Source of the DNA: a virus
Strand: one strand, 5' to 3'
DNA length: 64,000 nt
Virus record (IMG/VR): IMGVR_UViG_3300042541_002760
Shown here: piece by piece, positions 39,218 to 47,979 of the stretch
How positions within the stretch are numbered: the stretch's first letter is position 1
Layout: each line of letters begins with the position of its first letter
Made by a program: the position numbers and the translations under genes
Notes under the pieces: model-generated
What the model saw: the letters and a program-made list of their open reading frames with translations, nothing else
Database searches by the model: none
What the model was told of the DNA's origin: nothing

Positions 39218-40759
39218 ATGCCTGTAATTGAAGTCCGTAGTATGAATACCGCCAACCTTCGAATTGTTACGGAGAATGGTATTGCATATGAATTACAGGA
39301 GTACTTTACATTCGATGTACCTGGAGCAAAGTACACACCCGCCTTCAAGAGGCGAGTATGGGACGGGAAAGTGCGACTGTTCAATGCATACTCGGGATTA
39401 ATGCCCGCAGGATTGATGGACTATCTTGCAACATTCTCCAAAGATCGTGGATACGAACTTCAAGTTGATTCTGCAATTGCACAACCTGAAATTAAATTCA
39501 ACTGCGATAAAGTTCGTGAGTTCATGAAATCCTTAAACCCTACGGCAAGAGGGTTACCACTAGATCCGCATGACCATCAAGTTGATGCAGTATGTCATGC
39601 ACTCAATCAGTCAAGATGTGTTCTGCTATCTCCAACGGCAAGCGGAAAGAGTCTTGCAGTCTATTCCCTGTGTAGATACTATCAAAGTGCAATTGCTCCC
39701 AATCGTAAAATCCTAATAGTGGTTCCTACCATTTCGCTTGTTGCTCAACTGTATGCAGATTTTAAAGATTATTCAGCACAAACCAAATGGAATGTTGAAA
39801 ACAATTGTCATCGAATTACTGCGGGTGAGGCAAAACTAACCGACAAGCAGATTGTAATCTCGACATGGCAAAGCATATACAAACTACCAAGAGCATGGTT
39901 TGATAACTTTGAAGTGGTTATTGGAGACGAAGCACATCTCTTCAAAGCACAGAGTTTGAACGGGATCATGAACAAACTAATTGACTGCCCTTATCGAATT
40001 GCACTTACAGGCACTCTTGATGGCAGTAAGATTCATAAATTGGCGATTGAGGGGTTATTCGGCCCTGTGTACCAAGTGACCACAACAAAAGAACTGATGG
40101 AGAAAAACCTCTTAACGAATTTAAGAATCGAATGCATCATGCTTCGATACCCTGCTGAAATTCGAAAGACAGTGTGTGGATTAGATTATCACGGAGAGAT
40201 TGAATGGCTGATCAACTGTGAGAAGCGAAACGAATTCATCACTTCACTTGCATCTGCAACCCGTGGTAATACTCTTGTCCTTTTCAATTATGTTGAGAAG
40301 CACGGAAAGCCACTATTCGAAAACATCAAAAAGTGTGCCACGAATGTAATAGAAAATCGCAAGGTGTTCTTTGTAGCAGGGGAAACTGAACTCGAACAGC
40401 GCGAAGGAATTCGAAACATTGTAGAGCAAGAGGAAAATGCAATCATTGTTGCTTCTTATGGAACATTTAGTACAGGAATCAATATTCGAAGTTTGAAAAA
40501 TATCATCTTTGCAAGCCCATCCAAGAGTCGAATTAGAGTTCTTCAGAGCATTGGTCGGCAATTAAGAAAGTGTGATGGGAAGCATATTGCCAAATTGTAT
40601 GACATTGCAGATGATCTTCACAGCGGAGAAACACTAAACTACACCCTTCAGCATTTTCTGAAACGAGTTAAGATTTATGAGTCGGAGCAGTTCAGATACA
40701 AGTTGATAAAGATGCCAATTGATTTGAAAATTCAAAGACCCAAAAAGGATCACACATGA
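39218..40759 (+). CDS. uvsW: SF2 DNA helicase UvsW
   Basis: SPTASGKS, DEAH, LTGT, ASYGTFSTGINI, LQSIGR.LR. Confidence 0.97.
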   Translation: MPVIEVRSMNTANLRIVTENGIAYELQEYFTFDVPGAKYTPAFKRRVWDGKVRLFNAYSGLMPAGLMDYLATFSKDRGYELQVDSAIAQPEIKFNCDKVREFMKSLNPTARGLPLDPHDHQVDAVCHALNQSRCVLLSPTASGKSLAVYSLCRYYQSAIAPNRKILIVVPTISLVAQLYADFKDYSAQTKWNVENNCHRITAGEAKLTDKQIVISTWQSIYKLPRAWFDNFEVVIGDEAHLFKAQSLNGIMNKLIDCPYRIALTGTLDGSKIHKLAIEGLFGPVYQVTTTKELMEKNLLTNLRIECIMLRYPAEIRKTVCGLDYHGEIEWLINCEKRNEFITSLASATRGNTLVLFNYVEKHGKPLFENIKKCATNVIENRKVFFVAGETELEQREGIRNIVEQEENAIIVASYGTFSTGINIRSLKNIIFASPSKSRIRVLQSIGRQLRKCDGKHIAKLYDIADDLHSGETLNYTLQHFLKRVKIYESEQFRYKLIKMPIDLKIQRPKKDHT

Positions 40760-41223
40760 CGCAAGTTTATCCAATACGATTGATTCGATTGATGACGGGT
40801 GAAATGCTAATGGCAGGGATATCGGATGGTGGTAAGTTGTCATATGTATTGGAGTGCCCAATGGTTTTGATTGCTGTCACATCATCAAGACAAAGAGAGA
40901 ATCAGATTCAAGAAGTAGCGGTTATGCTAAAAAATTGGATTGAATTTACTGCTGATGAGTACTATATCATCTCCAAAAAGGCAGTAATGTGCATCATGAA
41001 ACCAACAAGAGAAATTCTTGCAGACTACATTCAGGCAAAAATACATTCAGACATTATGGGCGATATGATCGATAGCGGATTGTCTGAAGGTAAATCTATC
41101 AATGACTTGAGTGATGAAGAAGACTCGCAGGATGAAAATTCTGAGGATGGGGATAGCGAACCATCATGGGATGATGAAGAGTATGACGAGTTTCCAGGTT
41201 GGGGTGGAGATCCACGGCTCTAG
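40756..41223 (+). CDS. conserved hypothetical protein (Sm-like N-terminus, acidic tail)
   Basis: IRLMTGEML..L.NWI.F; usual slot between uvsW and gp55. Confidence 0.7.
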   Translation: MTQVYPIRLIRLMTGEMLMAGISDGGKLSYVLECPMVLIAVTSSRQRENQIQEVAVMLKNWIEFTADEYYIISKKAVMCIMKPTREILADYIQAKIHSDIMGDMIDSGLSEGKSINDLSDEEDSQDENSEDGDSEPSWDDEEYDEFPGWGGDPRL

Positions 41224-41304
41224 GTACTTAAGTACTTACTATACTCAGTACTTACTATATTACTCAAAGGAGTACATTAAGTACTAGTAACTTAAGTAAC
41301 TTAA
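41224..41304. repeat. cluster of AGTAC/GTACT/AGTAAC palindromes and direct repeats
   Basis: Palindrome GTACTTAAGTAC 41224-41235; AGTACTTACTATA at 41231 and 41247; AGTAACTTA tandem at 41286 and 41295. Confidence 0.85.
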
Positions 41305-41395
41305 TCCACCCCTTGAACTCAAGTGTATCTAGTATCGGAAATCGGTAAATTGTCTTTGATTTGAAAATTTGCTAAAAGAATTTTACAGAAGACAC

Positions 41396-41423
41396 TTTAC
41401 ATTAGTGTAAATTGTGATATAGT
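41396..41423 (+). promoter_or_regulatory. sigma70-type promoter for gp55 (TTTACA-N16-TATAGT, with TGTG extension)
   Basis: Read directly; followed by GGAG and ATG 41447. Confidence 0.6.
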
Positions 41424-41446
41424 CACTCATAACAAACGGAGAATAG

Positions 41447-42013
41447 ATGTCAAAAAAGCGTGAAGGTAACCATTATATTGACAATGAACGATTCTTAAAT
41501 GAACTCGTTACACACAAGGACATTGTCATTAAAGCAAAAAAAGAAGGCATCAAACCTCCTGGAGTGAACAACTACATTGGACAATGTTTCTTAGACATTG
41601 CAAACAATCTATCTAAGAAACCCAATTTTGCAAATTACACATACAAGGACGAAATGGTATCAGATTCAGTTGAAAACTGCATCATGTATGCTACTAACTT
41701 TGACCCATTGAAATCAAGAAATCCTTTTGCCTTCTTCACTCAGATAATCTACTATGCGTTCCTTCGAAGAATTCAGAAAGAAAAGAAGCAACTGTATATC
41801 AAGATGAGATGCTTTGAGGAAAATGATCCCACAGGAAGATTTCGTAATTGGATGGAGAAAGAGCACTCCAAGTATGAAGATACAGGACTAAGTCCGTTTG
41901 CAGATTTCATCCCAAGCGAAACACAAACAACAGAATCTCTTAAACCGAAAAAGAAAAAGCGAGTTCGTAAAGGTGAAATTGAACCACCTACATTGGATTT
42001 AGAAGATAAATGA
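41447..42013 (+). CDS. gp55: late sigma factor gp55
   Basis: HYIDNERF, YIGQCFLDIA..LS.KPNF.NYTYKDEM, NPFAFFTQIIYYAFLRRIQKEKKQ. Confidence 0.97.
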   Translation: MSKKREGNHYIDNERFLNELVTHKDIVIKAKKEGIKPPGVNNYIGQCFLDIANNLSKKPNFANYTYKDEMVSDSVENCIMYATNFDPLKSRNPFAFFTQIIYYAFLRRIQKEKKQLYIKMRCFEENDPTGRFRNWMEKEHSKYEDTGLSPFADFIPSETQTTESLKPKKKKRVRKGEIEPPTLDLEDK

Positions 42014-43056
42014 TCGCAGTTATCAACGATACACATTTTGGCGCAAGAAACGATAGCCCAATTTTCCTAGAGCATTTTCTAGAATTTTGGGAAACTACCT
42101 TTTTCCCAACACTTGAAGACAGAGGGATCAAGCGAATTATTCATTTGGGTGACTTTCTTGATCGAAGAAAGTACATCAATTTCCACACACTCAATCAAGT
42201 TCGTACTCGGTTCCTAGAGCCACTATCAAAAATGGGAATTGAAATGGATATTACTCTTGGGAACCATGATGCGTTCTTCAAGAACACCAACCGATTGAAT
42301 TCTATTGTTGAGTTGTTTGCAGGATATTCGAATATTCGTATTCATGAATCTCCTACGATTCTTGATCTTGGCGAAATGAAGGTGGGTATTGTCCCATGGA
42401 TCACCAAAGAAAACGCCCAAGCATGCCTTGATTTTATTCAATCAGCAACAGTTCGTGTTCTCATGGGGCATTTTGAAATCAATGGATATGAAGTTCTACG
42501 GGGAGTAGAGTTTCATGACGGGATGGATCCCAATATTCTCAGTGGATATGAAGCAGTCTACAGTGGACATTTTCATTGCAGACACAGCAAGGGATCGAAT
42601 ATTCATTATCTTGGTACACAGTATCAGATGACATTTGCAGATTTAGGGGAGCGTAAGGGATTCCATATACTTCATCCTAGAACAGGAGAAATGGAATTTG
42701 TCGAAAATCCATGTCAGATATTCCATCAGATTGAATATGACGATGCGAACCAAGACTATACCCTACTTAACTGCAAGAAATTCAAAAACACCTATGTCAA
42801 ACTCTTGGTCAAGAACAAAACTCGACCCATCATGTTTGATTCGTTAGTTGACCGACTCAATGATGCTCCTGTTCATTCGGTTACGGTTACCGATCAGTCG
42901 GAAAAAGACACGAATACAAAATCTTTTACGGTGGACATGTCCAAGGACACACTGACCCTGATTTGTGATGAAATCGATACCATGGAGAGTGTGGTTGATC
43001 CTGTTCGGTTAAAAACTCTTGTTCGTGAGATATACAGCGAGTCTTTGCAGGGCTAA
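42010..43056 (+). CDS. gp47: recombination nuclease subunit gp47 (Mre11/SbcD-like)
   Basis: DTHFG, LGDFLDRRK, GNHD, GHFE, SGHFH. Confidence 0.96.
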   Translation: MIAVINDTHFGARNDSPIFLEHFLEFWETTFFPTLEDRGIKRIIHLGDFLDRRKYINFHTLNQVRTRFLEPLSKMGIEMDITLGNHDAFFKNTNRLNSIVELFAGYSNIRIHESPTILDLGEMKVGIVPWITKENAQACLDFIQSATVRVLMGHFEINGYEVLRGVEFHDGMDPNILSGYEAVYSGHFHCRHSKGSNIHYLGTQYQMTFADLGERKGFHILHPRTGEMEFVENPCQIFHQIEYDDANQDYTLLNCKKFKNTYVKLLVKNKTRPIMFDSLVDRLNDAPVHSVTVTDQSEKDTNTKSFTVDMSKDTLTLICDEIDTMESVVDPVRLKTLVREIYSESLQG

Positions 43057-43059
43057 ATA
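43053..43059 (+). promoter_or_regulatory. late promoter (CTAAATA) 6 nt before ATG 43066
   Basis: Overlaps the gp47 stop codon. Confidence 0.6.
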
Positions 43060-43065
43060 TGGTTA

Positions 43066-43284
43066 ATGGCTAAACCATATCATGTTCTCATATCGGATAT
43101 ACAGGAGTGGAGTACTGCTCCCGCAAGAAGCGGGACGGGATATGTCGTTGACATAATGTCTCGAACAGGCAAAGCAAGTACTGCCAAAAAGCCTTCTATA
43201 CGCCAACTAAAAAATAACTCACCCTCTCGCGTTGAAATTGGGAAACTAAAGAATGCAAACTGGGGTGCAGGGGGAATCACATGA
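43066..43284 (+). CDS. hypothetical basic protein (72 aa)
   Basis: Late box upstream; ATGA overlap with the next gene. Confidence 0.6.
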   Translation: MAKPYHVLISDIQEWSTAPARSGTGYVVDIMSRTGKASTAKKPSIRQLKNNSPSRVEIGKLKNANWGAGGIT

Positions 43285-45722
43285 TCTTTGGTAACAACGG
43301 AAGCATATCGGTTATTGCAGCAAAAAATATGGTGGGTTATGATATTTTCTTGACTTCAGACTTCACCAAAGAGTTTACAAATGGTGAATCAGTTTCTTTT
43401 TACTATCCACCCGAACATCCCAATGCAAATCAAAAGTATCAATTCGGTCTTGTCAATGGAAGTAAAACCACCACTCCATGCACCATGTCATCAGAAGATA
43501 CAAGGACTATAAATTCTGAGGATCGAGAACTCAAATTACTGAGAGACTTTATATATCCATACCAGACTTCTCTTTTTTTGGGAATGAATCAGAATACATC
43601 ATCGATTCTTCCTCTGAGTGATGATGGAATGTCGGGTGGGAGTGGTTATGATGGTTTCTTGCTCAAGGGATCGGTCATATATGGAGAATCGAGCGGAGCA
43701 AAGCGTTACTATGCAGGGCCGTTTAAAGGATACAGTAAGGAAATTGAGTCGGTATGTCAGGGCACTACTGCAATGAATATCATGGATGGCAGCGATTGCT
43801 TGGGTTGGCTCAAGGGTTCTGTATATGAGAATGGATATGACTCAAAATACCATGACTTGTTTTCATATCCTGATGAGCCAAAACAAAAAGTAGATCACAG
43901 GTTTCCATATAATCGATTTTTCATGCAAAATACCCCATTTGCAGATTTAAACTACTCATGGCTAAATGTTCCGAATCGCAAGAACAGACCGATTCCCTAC
44001 AATATGCTCGGCACAAGCAATAAGGGAACATATGCTGCACTCATCACGCGAAAGCATGCATTAGTTTTAAACAGTAGAGATGTTGCTCCTGAAAATCTAG
44101 TATTCTACTCTCTATCCCAAGGTCTTACTTCTGTTGCAGTATCCTCCTCTGTCAATACATTTAAGGAAATGTGGGATGCAATTGGGTTTGTGAATGAAAA
44201 TTCAAATGCAACAACACTAGAAAATTTCAATGCTCTTTCTGCCTACTTTAATAATATTAAAATACTAACACTATCATCCGAATTACCTTCTGATGTAACC
44301 CCTATATCTCTGTATGACAATTACGGAAGTGATAAGGTATTATATTCTATGGTATTCGATCAAGAAGGTCGTGGACATCATTCGGCATTTTGCCCACCAC
44401 TGACCAAAGATTCGATATCGGGTACATCAGACATTCGACTTGATACAAACAACACATGTAATGTGATATCCGAATCCATGGCATTTCCAACGGCACTTTC
44501 AAATACCACTACCGCAAAGATAATGAGTGGAGATATTGGAAGTCCCGTAATCACATACAGTGACTCTGTGCCTGTCCTTATGGGATTTTTGTCATCCTAT
44601 GATAATGTAGATGATGCGGTAATTGGAACAACAACAGGATTGGAAATAGGATCCACTAAACTGTATACCTTTCCATGGGGATATTCATATAGCCCAATAA
44701 GCATATTGAATCTCTATTTGGGATTGGGCGGATGTCAGGCAAATTCACATCAAATTCACGAACGGACAATAGACCAATATCCATATCCCAATGGACAAAA
44801 TTCAATTGTTAATTCCGATTTTAATTCTCTTATTACAACATTTAGATCTCTTTTTGGTGCACGAGATATAGATATAACCGATTATGGAGAAGAAGTAGAC
44901 GGGCGAGTGAGAGATGCCGTGCGGGAGATGGAGTGTTTTGGCAAGTACTGGATGGCCATGGTGGAATGTAATATAAAAATGTTGGGTGCAAAAGGATGTG
45001 AATGTGATAGATATAGCCAAGAACGCACTGCATGTAGTGCGATTCAGTTGTATTTTTGTGCTGATAAACTGTGTGATATGATGAGACGAGTATATAGAGA
45101 TATTATACGGATGCCTTTGGATCTTGAGTGTCCTAGTGTATGGGACAAGGACGCATGGGAGACATACAAGAAGATGGGACAATTTGTAATGTTCACGGCG
45201 ACCGCACTTGGTCTTAACAATATAACTCTATGTGAGTATTATCGTCTAGTGAAAGGGGGTGGATTGGACTATTGTAATAATAATACTCCTTCTATTGGTT
45301 GTAATGGAGAAGCGACTACTCCCATTTTACCCCCATCACAAGCATGTGACGCATTCATGGAAGCAAATTGCCCACCACCAGGGCCGCAAGTATTTCATGA
45401 CGATTTTTATAGTCGGCTTATGGGGTGTTACTTGGGTCGATATGTTTCGTCTGGCGGCGAACAGACTGAGGAATGGCACCGCACGACACTTGCAGAGTGT
45501 GCGAGGATAAATTGCCCAGGTGGAGGTTTAAATGGAACAGACCCAGGATGCCCTAATATATCATGCGATGAACTTGTGCTTGCCATAACCACTGGGCAAC
45601 TTCCTAAAAGATGTGTTGGCAAACACCCTATCACCAATAATAAACTTCCACTTGTAGGCCCATATGACGATCAAGGGCCGATATCACCAGTGCCCGAGAA
45701 TTGTGAAATACCTGAACCTTAA
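43281..45722 (+). CDS. trypsin-fold pseudoprotease with Cys-rich C-terminal region
   Basis: AALITRKHALV and SGDIGSP align with the protease at 47980-49218, but the His, Asp and Ser positions are substituted. Confidence 0.65.
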   Translation: MIFGNNGSISVIAAKNMVGYDIFLTSDFTKEFTNGESVSFYYPPEHPNANQKYQFGLVNGSKTTTPCTMSSEDTRTINSEDRELKLLRDFIYPYQTSLFLGMNQNTSSILPLSDDGMSGGSGYDGFLLKGSVIYGESSGAKRYYAGPFKGYSKEIESVCQGTTAMNIMDGSDCLGWLKGSVYENGYDSKYHDLFSYPDEPKQKVDHRFPYNRFFMQNTPFADLNYSWLNVPNRKNRPIPYNMLGTSNKGTYAALITRKHALVLNSRDVAPENLVFYSLSQGLTSVAVSSSVNTFKEMWDAIGFVNENSNATTLENFNALSAYFNNIKILTLSSELPSDVTPISLYDNYGSDKVLYSMVFDQEGRGHHSAFCPPLTKDSISGTSDIRLDTNNTCNVISESMAFPTALSNTTTAKIMSGDIGSPVITYSDSVPVLMGFLSSYDNVDDAVIGTTTGLEIGSTKLYTFPWGYSYSPISILNLYLGLGGCQANSHQIHERTIDQYPYPNGQNSIVNSDFNSLITTFRSLFGARDIDITDYGEEVDGRVRDAVREMECFGKYWMAMVECNIKMLGAKGCECDRYSQERTACSAIQLYFCADKLCDMMRRVYRDIIRMPLDLECPSVWDKDAWETYKKMGQFVMFTATALGLNNITLCEYYRLVKGGGLDYCNNNTPSIGCNGEATTPILPPSQACDAFMEANCPPPGPQVFHDDFYSRLMGCYLGRYVSSGGEQTEEWHRTTLAECARINCPGGGLNGTDPGCPNISCDELVLAITTGQLPKRCVGKHPITNNKLPLVGPYDDQGPISPVPENCEIPEP

Positions 45723-45731
45723 CTAACCATG

Positions 45732-45738
45732 CTAAATA
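45732..45738 (+). promoter_or_regulatory. late promoter (CTAAATA)
   Basis: Intergenic; followed by AGGAG and ATG 45763. Confidence 0.7.
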
Positions 45739-45762
45739 CCTGATCACTAGGAGATATACAAT

Positions 45763-46080
45763 ATGAGCGAAATTCTACTATTCAGATTAAATTCGGGCGA
45801 AGAAATCATTTCAAAGGTAATTGATACCACATCTGATTCTTTTACATTGAAGTCACCCGCCATTCTTTTGCCACTCGGTAATGGTCGATTGGGTCTTGGC
45901 CCATGGTTACCATACTGCTATACCGAAAGTTTGGTGTTGCCATCAAAGGCAATTGCATTCGTTGCTAATCCAAAGACTGAATTGGCAAATGAATACAGCA
46001 GCAGTTTTGGATCGGGTCTTGTTGTTCCTGATCGGGAAATTCAAGAGTCTGCACCATCGCTCAGACTTATCACCGAATAA
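45763..46080 (+). CDS. conserved T4-like small protein (Sm-like fold)
   Basis: LFRLNSGEEII..L.PWLPY..EL.NEY.S.FGSGLVVP. Confidence 0.8.
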   Translation: MSEILLFRLNSGEEIISKVIDTTSDSFTLKSPAILLPLGNGRLGLGPWLPYCYTESLVLPSKAIAFVANPKTELANEYSSSFGSGLVVPDREIQESAPSLRLITE

Positions 46081-46082
46081 TC

Positions 46083-47780
46083 TTACGATATTCGGCTGAA
46101 ATTTCCGCGCTTGACAAACTGTATGCATCTGTCAAATTTGTCCTGAAGCACTTCCTTCGGCTTATGGCTAATCACAAAGGTATTTGTACCTGTCTTTGTG
46201 CTTGCCATAATGTCGAGGAAGGCATCAGTTGCCTGATCATCTAGACTTCCATCGAGGATTTCATCTAGTATGAGAAGATTGGTTGTGATTGAATTCTTTG
46301 TTGAAGCAATCGCTCTCCATGCAAAAAGCAAAGCAAGATCAATCTTCTTCTTCTCACCCTCGCTGAATGATGCATAGGTGAATATGTCTCGGTGTCTTGA
46401 TTTGATGGTTTCGTTGAACTCTTCGTCTAAGTTGAAGTTGACAAAGAAATTCATCTGTGTCAGATACTTGTTGATTGTATCGTTGATGATGGGGATATAG
46501 TTTTTGATGATTCGGCTTTTGATTCCCGAATCCTTAAGAAGTGTTCCTGCAAGGGAAAGATAGTGCTGCTCTTCAATCAGATCACGCTTTTCCTCTGCTG
46601 CTTCTTCTTGTAATGACATTGCATCCGAGAGTTCTTTTTCAACATCAACTGTCTTGACTGTTTTCTTGGTAGTCAGTGTCTTGATGTGTTTCTCAGTAGA
46701 TTCAATTTCGTTTGTCTTTTTGACAATGTTTGTATTGTGTTGCTGAACCAATACCATGACCTTGCCAATTTCTTCAATTCGCTCTTGTGAGGTTAGGATC
46801 TCATTTGCAATATCTTCAATTGCTTTTTCCATATCTGTTGATTTTGCATTTCCTCGTGCAATAGCAGATGTTTTGAATTGCTCATCAATTTTTTGTGTGC
46901 ATGTTGGACAGTGATCGTTTGTTTCATAAAATCCAATTTCTTTTCGAAGAGTTGTCATCTTCTTTTGAATTTGTGATTTGATGTTTGTGTATTTTTCGAA
47001 ATTTTCTTTGATAGAATTGCTATCGGTTACGGTGTCCATGTGTGACTGAACAGCCGCCAACGAATTCTTAATGTCCGTTTTTGCATCAAGTATTGTTTTG
47101 TTGGCAGCAGCGACCTGCTCTGCTTCCCATTCAGAATCAACTTCGTTCCTTCGCTTTTCTTCTTCAGACATTCGAACAAGCACATTCACTCGTTCTTTTT
47201 TAATCGCAAGAGCAGTTTCTGAATGTTGCAGTTCTTCTTTGTTGTTGCTTATGCGTTCTTTGAGGTGTGTGTTCATGGAAGAGAAAACACCAATATCTAG
47301 AATGCTTTCGACAACAGATCTTCGTTCCGCAGCGGTTAGTCGCATGAACGGTATGTAATTTGCAGAACCAAGAATGACTACCTGACAGAACGATTTATAG
47401 TTCATGCCAAGAACCAATTCCTCAAGCATCTTCTGACCGTCTCTTGATTTTGAATCCTGATCCAACAATTTTCCATCTTTGTGGATTTCAAATACCTTGG
47501 GTGCTAACCCACGAATGATCTTGTACTCTGCTTTGCCATCAGAGAAGTCTACCTCTACCCTACAGTCTTTTTCGTTTACCGAGGATACTAGTTGTGGTAG
47601 GTTTATATTTCGATAAGGCTTATTAAATAGGACAAAGGTAAGAGCATCTAAAAGAGTACTCTTACCTGCCCCATTTTCACCCAATACAAGGGTGGTTTCT
47701 GTTTTGTCAAATTGCATTTCCGTGAAGGTGTTTCCCGTGCTGAGAAAGTTCTTCCAACGGATATTTTTAAACTTGATCAT
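46083..47780 (-). CDS. gp46: recombination ATPase gp46 (Rad50/SbcC-like)
   Basis: WKNFLSTGN, Walker A GENGAGKS, CPTC hook, FSEGEK signature, LILDE, ISH. Confidence 0.97.
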   Translation of the reverse strand: MIKFKNIRWKNFLSTGNTFTEMQFDKTETTLVLGENGAGKSTLLDALTFVLFNKPYRNINLPQLVSSVNEKDCRVEVDFSDGKAEYKIIRGLAPKVFEIHKDGKLLDQDSKSRDGQKMLEELVLGMNYKSFCQVVILGSANYIPFMRLTAAERRSVVESILDIGVFSSMNTHLKERISNNKEELQHSETALAIKKERVNVLVRMSEEEKRRNEVDSEWEAEQVAAANKTILDAKTDIKNSLAAVQSHMDTVTDSNSIKENFEKYTNIKSQIQKKMTTLRKEIGFYETNDHCPTCTQKIDEQFKTSAIARGNAKSTDMEKAIEDIANEILTSQERIEEIGKVMVLVQQHNTNIVKKTNEIESTEKHIKTLTTKKTVKTVDVEKELSDAMSLQEEAAEEKRDLIEEQHYLSLAGTLLKDSGIKSRIIKNYIPIINDTINKYLTQMNFFVNFNLDEEFNETIKSRHRDIFTYASFSEGEKKKIDLALLFAWRAIASTKNSITTNLLILDEILDGSLDDQATDAFLDIMASTKTGTNTFVISHKPKEVLQDKFDRCIQFVKRGNFSRIS

Positions 47781-47812
47781 TGTGCCGTATTCACTCCATG
47801 GTATATCACAGA

Positions 47813-47841
47813 ATTATACCTCACAATCTATAGTATGTCAA
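47813..47841 (-). promoter_or_regulatory. perfect sigma70 consensus promoter for gp46 (TTGACA-N17-TATAAT)
   Basis: TTGACA at 47841-47836 and TATAAT at 47818-47813. Confidence 0.85.
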
Positions 47842-47842
47842 G

Positions 47843-47956
47843 TTATTTATTCCACGGCATCTTAGTAGATAGCCACTTCCATGCTGGTACGCCTACGAGG
47901 GCACCTGCAATAAACATCAATACACTCCACCACATTGTTCCTAGAATATGTTCCAT
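47843..47956 (-). CDS. 37-aa membrane microprotein MEHILGTMWWSVLMFIAGALVGVPAWKWLSTKMPWNK
   Basis: AAAGGAG SD 6 nt before the ATG; CTAAATA box at 47977-47983; one transmembrane helix. Below the ORF-track cutoff. Confidence 0.75.
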   Translation of the reverse strand: MEHILGTMWWSVLMFIAGALVGVPAWKWLSTKMPWNK

Positions 47957-47979
47957 TAGTATCTCCTTTCTACATGTAT

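Noticed and set aside
41224-41304. Mini-CRISPR array
   Set aside because: Repeats are 9-13 bp, overlapping, and have no unique spacers.
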